Positions 26,775 to 36,268 of a DNA stretch of 64,000 nucleotides are shown here, in pieces. The stretch comes from a virus, in the IMG/VR virus record IMGVR_UViG_3300028840_005768, positions 987 through 64,986 of that record; one strand, given 5' to 3'. The number at the start of each line of letters is the position of its first letter. Position 1 is the stretch's first letter. A program made the position numbers and the translations under genes. The notes under the pieces are model-generated. The model was not told the DNA's origin. It made no database searches and was given only the letters and a program-made list of their open reading frames with translations.

Positions 26775-26961
26775 ATGGTTTCTCCAACGGGAAAAGTAGG
26801 AAAGGGACGATTTCGAGATGGTCGTTGGGTAAGGTGAAGCAGCTCTTAGCGGAGGTCGGACCCTGTTTGGTTGTCCAGATGGATGCCTTCTCTTGCTTCA
26901 CCCAGTTGCCATGTGCATACCACTGCCCCGTGCGCTTGTTCTTGAGCATGTAGACGATCAT
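26752..26961 (-). CDS. hypothetical protein
   Basis: ORF track. Confidence 0.55.
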   Translation of the reverse strand: MIVYMLKNKRTGQWYAHGNWVKQEKASIWTTKQGPTSAKSCFTLPNDHLEIVPFLLFPLEKPYEDRCIT

Positions 26962-27707
26962 CTGATCCTTACTTCTAAGGCGGCAGCGCGGACGGTTTCG
27001 ATGACTGTATCCCCGTGGACAAAGTCATTCCACATTGTGGGAAGAGTTGATTCACATTCGTCGCGTCTTTCGGCGCCAACAGGCATGAACCGAGCAGAGT
27101 ACTTGGCTCCAGTGGAATACAGCTCCAGGCAATAGCCTTGCTCGGCTAGTTGATCAACGATGGTGTCAAGTCGTTGTGTCCCAATGCGGATCAGCTCCAC
27201 AACGGTCTTGGCATCCTCGACCGCGGTGTGGGCGACCGGCCCGGTTAGACCGGCACGCTCCATGCAGACTTCAGTACTGGGGACTCCGTTGTCGATCGCC
27301 GGGTTCCAGAAGAGCATCCCCGGGTCGATGGACCGATGACAAATTTCCAGTCGGTCCCATCCTGGCAAGTACTTGAGGAACTGCAGATCGAACTTGGCAA
27401 AGTTCTTGCCGGCGAACGTGTCGGGCCCTTGTTGGAGACCATTCGCACACAGCCAATTCCACAAACAAGAGGCTACTACAGCAACATGTTTTCCCTTCCT
27501 CTCGGCGATCGCTCGGAGGATGTTTGTGTTCATCGCGAGGGCATACGGCTGGCCAACAATCTCACCATTGTCGATGTAGCAATGGAAGACCGGTAGTTCG
27601 TCGACAGGTGTCGTCCAGTCATCGATGACTGCACCAATCTCCAGGATCTGGCATGTATCGGGATCCAACCCCGTGGTTTCAATGTCGATGGAGACGTAAG
27701 GCTTCAT
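26958..27707 (-). CDS. DEDDh 3'-5' exonuclease (oligoribonuclease/DnaQ-like)
   Basis: SIDIETTG, GKNFAKFDL, HRSID, AHTAVEDA. Confidence 0.88.
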   Translation of the reverse strand: MKPYVSIDIETTGLDPDTCQILEIGAVIDDWTTPVDELPVFHCYIDNGEIVGQPYALAMNTNILRAIAERKGKHVAVVASCLWNWLCANGLQQGPDTFAGKNFAKFDLQFLKYLPGWDRLEICHRSIDPGMLFWNPAIDNGVPSTEVCMERAGLTGPVAHTAVEDAKTVVELIRIGTQRLDTIVDQLAEQGYCLELYSTGAKYSARFMPVGAERRDECESTLPTMWNDFVHGDTVIETVRAAALEVRIR

Positions 27708-27708
27708 A

Positions 27709-28428
27709 CTAAGTCCACATATAAGGAATGATGTTGACCAGGCGATGAAGGCGTTCTTCAAGCGCTTTGTTCATGATGCGCTCAAGCTTGTTGCACGCCA
27801 TCACACAACAGCGGTAGACTTCCTCATCGTGATCATTGGCAAATTGAGGCTTCCATTCCACCAGATGATCCGATAAGGGAACAAAATCGGAGATTGGTGA
27901 GTGCCGAAGAGCTTCAGTCCAGAGCATGTCTTCTACTTCTTCAACTTCCTTGTTCCAGACTTGATGCCACCAGGCAATGAGATCCTTCATCTCATCTATG
28001 ACATACTTTTCTGTACCCTCGACGGTGATCTTGTGTCCATATTCGCCGTACCACTCTATGTGACCTGGTGAGCATTCTCGCTCAACGAACTGACAGAGCA
28101 GCTCGAACATCATGTGAGGTATCAAGTTCCTTTTATCACACCAAGTGTGACCGAGGTAACGTGGCTTTACGGTGGTGTAACGGTGCCAGAAGAAGCACTT
28201 CAGGCGGTACCAGATTCGTTCTGGTCTCCAGTCGTATGGAATGAGTTTCCAGTACCAGTTTTGAAGTTTCTCGAACCAGGTCTTATTCATCAACAAAGTG
28301 CTTTCATACAGGATTCTCCGACTCAAAGGGGCGACCGTACGCGAACTCTTCGTCCATGAAGCACTCAATCCAGGCATCCGAGTACTCTCGGACTTCAGCC
28401 CAGAAGTCGCCGTTGAAGTCGTAGACAC
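27709..28428 (-). CDS. hypothetical phage protein
   Basis: ORF track; start likely MNKTWF. Confidence 0.55.
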   Translation of the reverse strand: MSTTSTATSGLKSESTRMPGLSASWTKSSRTVAPLSRRILYESTLLMNKTWFEKLQNWYWKLIPYDWRPERIWYRLKCFFWHRYTTVKPRYLGHTWCDKRNLIPHMMFELLCQFVERECSPGHIEWYGEYGHKITVEGTEKYVIDEMKDLIAWWHQVWNKEVEEVEDMLWTEALRHSPISDFVPLSDHLVEWKPQFANDHDEEVYRCCVMACNKLERIMNKALEERLHRLVNIIPYMWT

Positions 28429-28588
28429 GGACGATTGACGTCAGATACAGTTCAGGCATGGTTGTTCCTTGCTTGACAGAGTTGACAGAGTAGCCGACCG
28501 CGGACGATGGTGAGTTTGATCCGTCTTCGACCGACCAGTATGCCCTTCTTTCGGCCGCACTGGGCGCATCGCTTTTCAGCCGGGTGAT

Positions 28589-29137
28589 TCATCCTCCGCA
28601 GCCGCACGGCCAATGACCGCAGTACGGACAGACTCGCGGCGGAGCCCCGTGGTCCTCCATGCAGTGGATCCCGATGCCCAGCAGCTTGCCGAGCACCTGC
28701 AAGGCCGCCTGATCGCCGGCATTGCGTGTCCAGGCGTTGAAGGCCTGAGTCAGGTAGTCGCCGAACATGACGATGTAGCCGTTGACCGAATGGGCGCGAC
28801 CATCCGTTCGAGTGCTGGGGAGCACGTTTTGATAATTACGCTCGGCCCCAGCAAGGGCATACACTAGATCACGACTGAGAGGGCCGGGGTAGAATTGACG
28901 AAAGGTCCCGTCGAGCTTGCGTTCCCAGCCGCCATGGAATTCCAGGCAGGCAGTGCAAAGGGCAGCCAGCTTGCGAAACACGTCCAGGGAGCCTTGCCCT
29001 TGCGGCACATGGGCGGCGATCTGAACCAAGTCGTTGTAGTAGCCGCGAATGTAGACAAGCCAGTCTTCGACGTCCTTCTCTGCGCCCGGGACGCGCTCTG
29101 TGTTGATGGCGGCGAGAACTTCATCACGGGTGGGCAT
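28589..29137 (-). CDS. tandem-domain all-alpha NTP-pyrophosphatase (MazG-like) protein
   Basis: two related units R..V.A.I..ER..V..W..Y..Y..RK.AAL..CLE.HG and R..VYA...ER.YQ..HSV..Y..KL..I..CMEDHGAPPR. Confidence 0.5.
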   Translation of the reverse strand: MPTRDEVLAAINTERVPGAEKDVEDWLVYIRGYYNDLVQIAAHVPQGQGSLDVFRKLAALCTACLEFHGGWERKLDGTFRQFYPGPLSRDLVYALAGAERNYQNVLPSTRTDGRAHSVNGYIVMFGDYLTQAFNAWTRNAGDQAALQVLGKLLGIGIHCMEDHGAPPRVCPYCGHWPCGCGG

Positions 29138-29139
29138 GT

Positions 29140-29577
29140 TCAAATTCCCAATTCTCTGAGGGCTTCGATCTCTTTCGTGGTCAGTTTCTTGAGCGCCGAC
29201 CTCCGCGCCGCTTCGAGTTCGTTCCACCTTTGCTTTTCGATCTCGTAGAGGGCGATCGCCTTGCGGTACTCCGCGAGGACCGCTTCGCGCGTCCCGTTGC
29301 CGGTGCCTTCACAGTCGGGGCATCCGCGGCCTCGACACTTGAGGCAGGGCCATTGGAGGTCTTCTGGCGCCCCGCACCAGTGGAGCTGGTACCGGAATTC
29401 GCTGATGTTTTTGTACGGACGGACGGGCTTTTCCATAGGGGGCCTGCTTGTTTGATCACCCAGCTCGGGTGGCCGCCGGGCGGCACTTGCCCTGTTTCGA
29501 GAAATCGCAGCCAGAGTTTCTGGTTTGCTTCGCACGCCTTTTGAGCAGCGTTGAGAGTGCGGTAAGGCCGGCGACAT
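29140..29577 (-). CDS. hypothetical protein with DnaJ-type CxxCxGxG repeats
   Basis: CLKCRGRGCPDCEGTG; start likely MEKPVR. Confidence 0.55.
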   Translation of the reverse strand: MSPALPHSQRCSKGVRSKPETLAAISRNRASAARRPPELGDQTSRPPMEKPVRPYKNISEFRYQLHWCGAPEDLQWPCLKCRGRGCPDCEGTGNGTREAVLAEYRKAIALYEIEKQRWNELEAARRSALKKLTTKEIEALRELGI

Positions 29578-29813
29578 TCGGCGAAGTCCCAGTATTCCCT
29601 GCCGTCAGGCCGCTGGCATAGAACACAAGCGTGGTAGGCTGGTGTCGTCGCAACTCCGGCTACTTCGCTGCGCCAGGTAATGCGGTACTGCTTGGTTTCG
29701 TCGTACCATTCCTTGTAGACTTTTGCCGAGCGGCCTGTCTTCTGTCTTCGCTTGAAATTCATATTTCCCTCAGCTGGCGGGCCGGAATCCCCAAATCGGC
29801 CCGCCAGCACAAT

Positions 29814-30014
29814 CTAGCGACGTTGTCCGCGCATGTGTCGCGGGTGCATGAGTGAGTAACGCATGTGAAGAGTTGGCGGTTTGCTTGGTAGCATGCGAAC
29901 CAGTCGCATCTTGCCACAGCTCGGACACTTTCGAGGCTGGGCTGCATGGATACCGTGCATCACTTCCGTTGTCTCTCCGCAACCATTGCACTTGTAGTCG
30001 TAGAGCGGCATCAC
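29814..30014 (-). CDS. FmdB-family zinc-ribbon protein
   Basis: MPLYDYKC..CG..E..CPSCG. Confidence 0.85.
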   Translation of the reverse strand: MMPLYDYKCNGCGETTEVMHGIHAAQPRKCPSCGKMRLVRMLPSKPPTLHMRYSLMHPRHMRGQRR

Positions 30015-30412
30015 TTCCCTTTCACAACGACGCAGCGCTTGAGTTCATGAAGTCGAATCGTCCGACCGTTGTCATTGCGTCCAAGCACCACGGGGCCTTG
30101 TGACCCATCTTGGATCGACTCGACCGCGATCTTTTTGAGCCACATCGACGAACCTCGCCGGACTGGATAGACGACGGTGTCGCCGACTTCGATGGGGTTG
30201 CCCAAGAAATCAGCAGCCGACGTGGGACGGACTTCAGGAGGATCAGACATTGGCAGCCTCGCGATAGTAGTTCGAGTAGTAGTGAGCAAAGGGTTGTGAC
30301 AGGATCTCAAGGATCTCAGCCAAGCACGCAGCGTAGCTGGTTCGGAGTTTGTCACGCAGGGCGGCTGACGGGCGTTGACCTTGTTCAACCAGTGCGTGCA
30401 TTTCGGCGTCAA
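30011..30412 (-). CDS. small SH3-like phage protein
   Basis: DFLGNPIEVGDTVVYP; start likely MSDPPE. Confidence 0.6.
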   Translation of the reverse strand: MTPKCTHWLNKVNARQPPCVTNSEPATLRAWLRSLRSCHNPLLTTTRTTIARLPMSDPPEVRPTSAADFLGNPIEVGDTVVYPVRRGSSMWLKKIAVESIQDGSQGPVVLGRNDNGRTIRLHELKRCVVVKGK

Positions 30413-30458
30413 ACTGTGGATCCACTCGGTGACGGCGGAGGATCTCGGAAAGGTTCAT
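30243..30458 (-). CDS. hypothetical protein
   Basis: GAGGTG SD. Confidence 0.5.
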   Translation of the reverse strand: MNLSEILRRHRVDPQFDAEMHALVEQGQRPSAALRDKLRTSYAACLAEILEILSQPFAHYYSNYYREAANV

Positions 30459-30462
30459 TTGG

Positions 30463-31254
30463 TCACCTCTTGTTCCTGTTGCAGTCTTGTGGCTTCATCT
30501 TAGAATCTCCGAATTGGGTCCAAACGGTTGGCTCAAACTCGCCCAATTCATGTTCTTTTGCGATTTTCTGACAGTAGTCAGCATCAAGATCCATCGTGAT
30601 GCAGGGACGGTTCAGGCGTTTACACACCCTCAACGTGGTCCCCGTGCCAGCAAAAGGATCACAAACGGTATCACCCTCACGAGTGGACAGTTTGATACAC
30701 CGCTCCACGAGCCCTTCGTGGAGCTGTGTCGGATGCCACCGACGGCGCTGCTTGGAGTTGCCGGTCACTCGGGGGAAGTCAAACGTGTCCGCGGGAACCC
30801 GGCCCCGCGTGTCCGCCCGCTTGTCGCCGTTCAGCTGGCGCCAAGATGGGACGCGAATTTGATCCGGGTAAAGCGGGGCATTCTTCCAACGAAGCCGCCA
30901 AAGTGGCCGGTGATTGTTTCCAAGATCCGTCTGGCGACATTGACCGAAGGTGAATGTCTGGACGCAAGGTTTCCATTCCAGCTCGGGTGATTCCCGGCGG
31001 AGCTGCTTCACGATGGCACTCAGATCAAGAGTCCATTTGACATTGAAGCTGATCCAGACCGTCCATGCCGTTTCCACGAAACAGCGCGTCCAGTCTTCGA
31101 GCAGCTCGATGTACTCCTCATCTGGGATGGAATCCTTGTACGTTCCATAGCCTAGGCCGATGTTGTCCGGCGGATCCGCGAAGATGCATTGGATGTCATC
31201 ATCCAACCTCGGTAAGATGTCGAGGCAATCGCCGCAGTAGAGTCGTTGCATCAC
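30463..31254 (-). CDS. beta-class N4C/N6A DNA methyltransferase (motif IV DPPD)
   Basis: GDCL, IFADPPDN, HPTQL..L..R.I...T..GD.V.DPFAGTGTT. Confidence 0.85.
   Translation of the reverse strand: MMQRLYCGDCLDILPRLDDDIQCIFADPPDNIGLGYGTYKDSIPDEEYIELLEDWTRCFVETAWTVWISFNVKWTLDLSAIVKQLRRESPELEWKPCVQTFTFGQCRQTDLGNNHRPLWRLRWKNAPLYPDQIRVPSWRQLNGDKRADTRGRVPADTFDFPRVTGNSKQRRRWHPTQLHEGLVERCIKLSTREGDTVCDPFAGTGTTLRVCKRLNRPCITMDLDADYCQKIAKEHELGEFEPTVWTQFGDSKMKPQDCNRNKR
30496..30531 (-). promoter_or_regulatory. class-3 motif copy C (CCAACCG-N11-TTCGGAGATTCTAAGATG), inside MTase 3' end
   Basis: 18-bp core identical to the 19367-19384 core. Confidence 0.6.
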
Positions 31255-31414
31255 AGCCTCTCTCCGCAGCTACGGCATCGCTTTACACCTTGGACGACAT
31301 AGGTGCCATGTTGATGCGTACAAGTCTGGAGTCTCTCCCTGACAGCTCGCTCGTCTTCGCGCAGCATTTGTCGACGGTCAGGAGACGTGAAGATGTCGTA
31401 CGTGAAGTCATAAC

Positions 31415-31822
31415 TCATCGATTGTCTCCATCCCCTTGCAGGGTTCCGACGTTCTGGCGCCGTGCCAAATCTTCCGCATTGGCACGGCAGACATCGCCAA
31501 GGTTGAGTCCAAGATCCGTGCAGAGGGCCGCCACGTACCACATGACGCCACCTAGCTCTTTGGCAATCTTGGTGAGCCGCTCAGGAGTTACTTCGCAGTC
31601 ATCATCACGGATGATCTTCTTCACCTGGTTGGCAACTTGCCCCGCATGCCCCGCAAGCCGCAGTGTCGAGGGTGCTGCTTCGGGTGCTGCGTCGGCAACT
31701 TTCTCAGCCACCTCGCCAGCCTCGCCTGCTAGGCCGAGGGCGGGGTAAAGGATGACTGCACCTTCTGGATACACGCGAGTTCGTGCGGCAGCCTCTTGGT
31801 AGTCGTCGAAAGTACGCATCAC
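31415..31822 (-). CDS. MazG-like nucleoside triphosphate pyrophosphohydrolase
   Basis: FDDYQ..A..T..YP..LGLAGEAGEVAEKV..KELG.V.WY.A.L..N. Confidence 0.88.
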   Translation of the reverse strand: MMRTFDDYQEAAARTRVYPEGAVILYPALGLAGEAGEVAEKVADAAPEAAPSTLRLAGHAGQVANQVKKIIRDDDCEVTPERLTKIAKELGGVMWYVAALCTDLGLNLGDVCRANAEDLARRQNVGTLQGDGDNR

Positions 31823-32544
31823 TCACCTCTCATTCGCTTCAGGGTTTGCCAGTAGTAGGTTTCACAGTTGCCACAGTCTTTGCAGTACCCAGACCCGAGC
31901 GAGCCGCACATCGTGACCAATCGAGGAATGACAGCCGCGGTGTCACGCACAAGCGCTAGGGCGTACCCCATGAAAGCCGGCGTCGGGCACCAGTAGCTGT
32001 TGATGTGTCGTTGTTTCCAGGTGTATGCCGGCCCCTCGATGTTTTCCGTAACGTGCGGATAGACTGTTGGTTCCCCGGTGTAGTACGCCATGAACGTCAG
32101 CACGATTGGCACACCAAAAAACGTCCATGCAGAAGCTGCTTTGCGTACCAAGCGAAGATTGGTTCCTGATGTGCGCAAGCGAACAAACATCAGATTGGGT
32201 GGGATGGGAGTAGGTGGCCGATGCCAGTGTTCCTCTTCACGGGGGTTTGCTGTGAACACTACCGGCGCCGGGAAGTCAAATTTCGGAATCGAAGTGTTGA
32301 AGAACCGATGCTCATACTGCTCAGTATCTGCGATCACCTTCTCCCGCTCGATGTTGGAGTCGTGACCGCTGTTGACGCGCATGATGCCGCCTTCCGGCAG
32401 GGGCGGCATATGAGGAACCTGCGGATCTACATAGAAGGCGCCCAGCCGGTTGTAGAAACATTCGCCGCAACCAATCGGACATGGGCCTGATTGCGGCTTG
32501 CAGTCGTAGACGTTCGAGCCGGCTTGCTTCGGGTTACGAGTCAT
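31819..32544 (-). CDS. radical SAM-like Fe-S protein
   Basis: CPIGCGECFY (CxxxCxxC); second Cys cluster MC..CKDCGNC. Confidence 0.65.
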   Translation of the reverse strand: MTRNPKQAGSNVYDCKPQSGPCPIGCGECFYNRLGAFYVDPQVPHMPPLPEGGIMRVNSGHDSNIEREKVIADTEQYEHRFFNTSIPKFDFPAPVVFTANPREEEHWHRPPTPIPPNLMFVRLRTSGTNLRLVRKAASAWTFFGVPIVLTFMAYYTGEPTVYPHVTENIEGPAYTWKQRHINSYWCPTPAFMGYALALVRDTAAVIPRLVTMCGSLGSGYCKDCGNCETYYWQTLKRMRGE

Positions 32545-32616
32545 AGGTCTCTCCCAAGAAAGTCGAAAAGCCGCCTCACGGAGAACCATGAGCCGGCTTG
32601 TGGAACACTTGGTTGA

Positions 32617-33762
32617 CTACCAAGCAGCGAGAATGTGATTGAAGACTTCCATGAATCGATCGATCTCGTCTTCCTGATTGAAGTAGCTCAGGCTGATTCG
32701 CGTGGAAGCTGGGATCTCCAGTGCCTTGTGTAGCGGGATGGCGCAATGGGTACCCGCACGAACTGCAATCTCGTGCTCAGCAAGTCCATGGGCTAAGTCA
32801 TGGGGGTGGATTCCGTCGACCGTGAAGCTGAGGATGGCACACCGTGGGTTAACGGGTCCGAGAATTGTGACACGCTGGTGGGCATGTAGGCGGTTGTAGG
32901 CGTAGCGAGTGAGCCTCTTCACATGCCGATGAATGGCGTGGCAGCCAATACGCTGCCAATAATCACAGGCTGCTCCAAGACCGATTGCTTGGAGAATGGG
33001 CGGGGTACCGGCTTCCAACTTGCGGTGGCCAGGTACATAGTCCTGGATGCTGGCGTCCTGCACTATTCCGCCGCCAAAAATGCAAGGTTCCATTTCTGCC
33101 AGGCGATCCTCGCGAACGTAGAGAACTCCAACGCCGGTTGGCCCATGCATCTTGTGACCACTGAAGGCTAGGAAATCGATGTTCTTGCACTGGTGTGGAA
33201 TATGCGGGATGCTTTGGGCAGCATCGACCACGACAACAGCATCGGCGCGGTGCGCCAAGGTAGTGATCAAGCCTACCGGGTTGACACATCCGAGCACGTT
33301 GCTGACCGCAGGGAAGGCGATGATCTTGGTAATGCCATGTCGGATCTGTGCTGCAATGGCTTCCTGTGACAGAGGAATGCTGAATCGACCCGCCTGAAAC
33401 AGGTGTAAGACGCAAAGCTTCGCACCGGTCCGCTTGGCGAGCTGCTGCCAGGGGATCAGGTTGCTGTGATGTTCCATCGCGGTGACGAGGATCTCGTCAC
33501 CTGGACCAACATGCCGGTCACCCCAACTCCTGGCGACCATGTTGAGGGACGCTGTGGCCCCACTTGTGAAGATCACTTCCTCCGGCTTTGCCTGAATGAA
33601 ACTGGCGACCTGTCGGCGGGCCCTTTCGTAACGATCGGTTGTCTTCACTGCGTAGGCATGCAGGCCGCGATGGATGTTGCTGTATTCACGGGCAGCATCC
33701 TGCATGGCATCCCAAGCAGTGTCGAGGCATTGTGTGCTAGCAGCGTTGTCGAGGTAGATCAT
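32617..33762 (-). CDS. sufS: SufS-type (group II) cysteine desulfurase
   Basis: YLDNAAS, MEHHSN..PW, DAAQS, SGHK (PLP Lys), EAGTP, RAGTHCA (catalytic Cys). Confidence 0.92.
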   Translation of the reverse strand: MIYLDNAASTQCLDTAWDAMQDAAREYSNIHRGLHAYAVKTTDRYERARRQVASFIQAKPEEVIFTSGATASLNMVARSWGDRHVGPGDEILVTAMEHHSNLIPWQQLAKRTGAKLCVLHLFQAGRFSIPLSQEAIAAQIRHGITKIIAFPAVSNVLGCVNPVGLITTLAHRADAVVVVDAAQSIPHIPHQCKNIDFLAFSGHKMHGPTGVGVLYVREDRLAEMEPCIFGGGIVQDASIQDYVPGHRKLEAGTPPILQAIGLGAACDYWQRIGCHAIHRHVKRLTRYAYNRLHAHQRVTILGPVNPRCAILSFTVDGIHPHDLAHGLAEHEIAVRAGTHCAIPLHKALEIPASTRISLSYFNQEDEIDRFMEVFNHILAAW

Positions 33763-34004
33763 TCGGTGGTCGCTTGTCGCAGGCCGATTGTGATAACGGG
33801 AATCAGGTCACCAGGTTGCACGTCCATGTCTTTGCCCTGATAGTCCAAGGTGAGCAGGCAATCAGCTGCCCCCGTAGCGTCGAGGACGCCTTCGAATCGT
33901 GCCATGATCTCCGCGACCTTCTCACCTCGAATCTTGGCAGAGCGGACACGTTCAAGTGCTTCTTGGTGGATTGGCATTCTTTCCTCTCTCGATATAGGGG
34001 GCAT
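33759..34004 (-). CDS. hypothetical protein
   Basis: ORF track; ATGA overlap with sufS. Confidence 0.55.
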   Translation of the reverse strand: MPPISREERMPIHQEALERVRSAKIRGEKVAEIMARFEGVLDATGAADCLLTLDYQGKDMDVQPGDLIPVITIGLRQATTE

Positions 34005-34134
34005 TCAATACAGCACCCTGCTTCCAGGATGATGCAATTTGATCTGGTTTCCCATGTTGGCCGCAGATAGGGCATATCCAACCATCTGCCACGAAACGCA
34101 CACGGGTGTTGCATTTCCAACAGAGCGGCATGGT

Positions 34135-35166
34135 TCACCTCTTGAATTGTGGCCGTGCGCACTCGTTGAAGAACTGTTCTTCTGCAGATCCGTCTGTTGC
34201 GAGTCCGATTGCCATGGCTTCCAGCGTTTCGATTTGGGCGTCGGACTCCTCGCGAGTCATGTCGAGGAATACATGGCCAGAAGTGATAGCGCTCCAGCAT
34301 CGCTCGACCCGCCCCAACAGCGCCTGTTGATGCTCAGGGCTTACGCGTGCCCGGTGGTTGGCCACCCGGAGCAAGGGGTACTGGCCTTCAAGGGCGTTGC
34401 CAGTTGGCTTGGAGACCAGCTCATCGATGAAGACCACCGTCTCGCCGCCGATTGGTTCGTCCAGAAGCCAACTGTAGAGGGAGCACTGATCGGCGTACTC
34501 GTCCTGGCAGTTCTCCATCCAGTCACGGTTGATCTTCAGACCGCGGTACTGCCACGGCATGAACAGCTTGTGTGCTTTGCCGTGGGATCGACTCGGCTTG
34601 CCCCCATACCCGTCGCGGCAGAGCATATAACCCTTAGCAGGGCTGGCGGAATACTTGGAGCAGAATCCTTTCACCTTCCAGTCGAAGACGACACTGATCC
34701 GTCCCTCACCCAGATCGAGAACAAAGCGGCAGTCGGGCTTACCGAGAAAGGGGGCCCCACCAATTGTGCCGTCCACCTTGAACTCGAAGCGCGGCGGCTC
34801 GATGGAGCTGGCCAAGAGAGCACATAGCTCATCGTACGCCTTGGTCAGCTTGTAGGCCTCAAAGCAGTACTTGCCGGCTTCCCGGGCGAAGTCGCGGTTC
34901 GGCTCGTCGACTTGATCCTCGAAGATCGCCTCAAACTCATACTTGGGATTCGAACCGGCTCCAAAGAGAGCAGCGTGCAGTTCCGCCTTGACATAGGCGT
35001 CAAAAGCACTGCCCACGCACATCGGAGCCGTTTGTGGCAGTCGGCCGGGTCGGTTTTCTGAGAGATATCGGAGGTAGAATTCATCCTGGTCCTTCTCGAA
35101 TAGGGCCAGGGATGAGTAACTCAAATACGTTGGCGTTCTCATCGATTCTCCAGTTGGTTGGATCAA
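34135..35166 (-). CDS. PD-(D/E)XK exonuclease-like protein
   Basis: YLSYSSL..F..Y..Y, G.AFD, GKPD..VFDWK, Q..LY. Confidence 0.75.
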   Translation of the reverse strand: MIQPTGESMRTPTYLSYSSLALFEKDQDEFYLRYLSENRPGRLPQTAPMCVGSAFDAYVKAELHAALFGAGSNPKYEFEAIFEDQVDEPNRDFAREAGKYCFEAYKLTKAYDELCALLASSIEPPRFEFKVDGTIGGAPFLGKPDCRFVLDLGEGRISVVFDWKVKGFCSKYSASPAKGYMLCRDGYGGKPSRSHGKAHKLFMPWQYRGLKINRDWMENCQDEYADQCSLYSWLLDEPIGGETVVFIDELVSKPTGNALEGQYPLLRVANHRARVSPEHQQALLGRVERCWSAITSGHVFLDMTREESDAQIETLEAMAIGLATDGSAEEQFFNECARPQFKR

Positions 35167-35638
35167 TTAGGCGATAGTCAACAGCACACCGTTGAAGGAA
35201 GACGGGAAGTGCCTGATCAATACGATGCGCCTCTTCGACGGTGTGATATCGTCCATGTTGCTGGTACGGTACGCTTCGCTGAATGAGGAAATTGATCGAT
35301 GGGTATGCCCGCTCAAAAGCAAGAGCAATCTGTATCAGTTGGTTGGTCACCGGGCTGTCGTAAGCATCTGCATAGAAGCACTGAAGCAGTAGCGGTGAAT
35401 CAGTGACAATTCGTTCTACGCCACCACAGAGAAAGAGGCGTTCTACCTCAAACTGGCGGGAGAAGGTTTGGACGTACTGCCAGCCATCCGTGATTCGCCG
35501 ACCTTCGTAGACCCAATCCTTGATCAGCTCTGGCACCAATTCGATATTGACGCCCTGGGTCTTGAGATGCGCAAAGAGGTGCGCAGCCAGTGTGCTTTTG
35601 CCGACACCCGGACCACCATAGAGGTTGATCCGGTTCAC
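35081..35638 (-). CDS. P-loop kinase/ATPase (NadR/AAA_28-like)
   Basis: INLYGGPGVGKST, E..K.W, TDSPLL. Confidence 0.8.
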   Translation of the reverse strand: MNRINLYGGPGVGKSTLAAHLFAHLKTQGVNIELVPELIKDWVYEGRRITDGWQYVQTFSRQFEVERLFLCGGVERIVTDSPLLLQCFYADAYDSPVTNQLIQIALAFERAYPSINFLIQRSVPYQQHGRYHTVEEAHRIDQALPVFLQRCAVDYRLIDPTNWRIDENANVFELLIPGPIREGPG

Positions 35639-35639
35639 T

Positions 35640-36041
35640 TCAAATCACTGCCTCCCAGATACGACCGTCATCAATGTGCCAATGACCAAAGTGCGGTGGA
35701 TAGTCGTGCATTGCTTCATGCACGAGAATTGCTGCCCCGTACGTGGTACTCTTATCAAGAACAGAAACGTCAATGCAGACGCCCGGCACCCAGACATAGT
35801 TCAATCCATCAGTTCCCTCAGGAAGTTGGAGCACAGCGACTCGAAAGCGACCGATCCGGTTGTACCGCCGGATGGTGTAGTCGATCACATGCTTCATTCC
35901 CGGGTCGTCGCATTCCACCTGTTCTAAGTGAGCAATGACAGCGTCCAGCCATACCTGCTCTCGGGCTCCACCGCAGGGCGCCAGAGAACAGGCATAAGGC
36001 CAGAGGATGAAAACGACAATGGCGAGGCGGACGTACTTCAT
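35640..36041 (-). CDS. exported HExxH metallopeptidase-like protein
   Basis: signal-like N-terminus; AAILVHEAMH. Confidence 0.6.
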   Translation of the reverse strand: MKYVRLAIVVFILWPYACSLAPCGGAREQVWLDAVIAHLEQVECDDPGMKHVIDYTIRRYNRIGRFRVAVLQLPEGTDGLNYVWVPGVCIDVSVLDKSTTYGAAILVHEAMHDYPPHFGHWHIDDGRIWEAVI

Positions 36042-36268
36042 TGGACCTTGATTTGACCGTCCTCGACGGCAATACCGGCCGCCTCCAAGGTTTCCTGGTC
36101 TTCGTTATCCAGGGATGTGGTCACCAAAACACCACAGCTCCCAGAGAAGTAGGCGACCATGATTCGGCGCCCTGGCAACTCCAGGAAGATGTCAACGTCA
36201 TCATCGCTGTTCTCGATGGAGACGTGGATCGGGGTGTCTTCATGTGGTTTCGTTGCGAATCTAGCCAT
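36038..36268 (-). CDS. hypothetical acidic protein
   Basis: ORF track. Confidence 0.55.
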   Translation of the reverse strand: MARFATKPHEDTPIHVSIENSDDDVDIFLELPGRRIMVAYFSGSCGVLVTTSLDNEDQETLEAAGIAVEDGQIKVQ

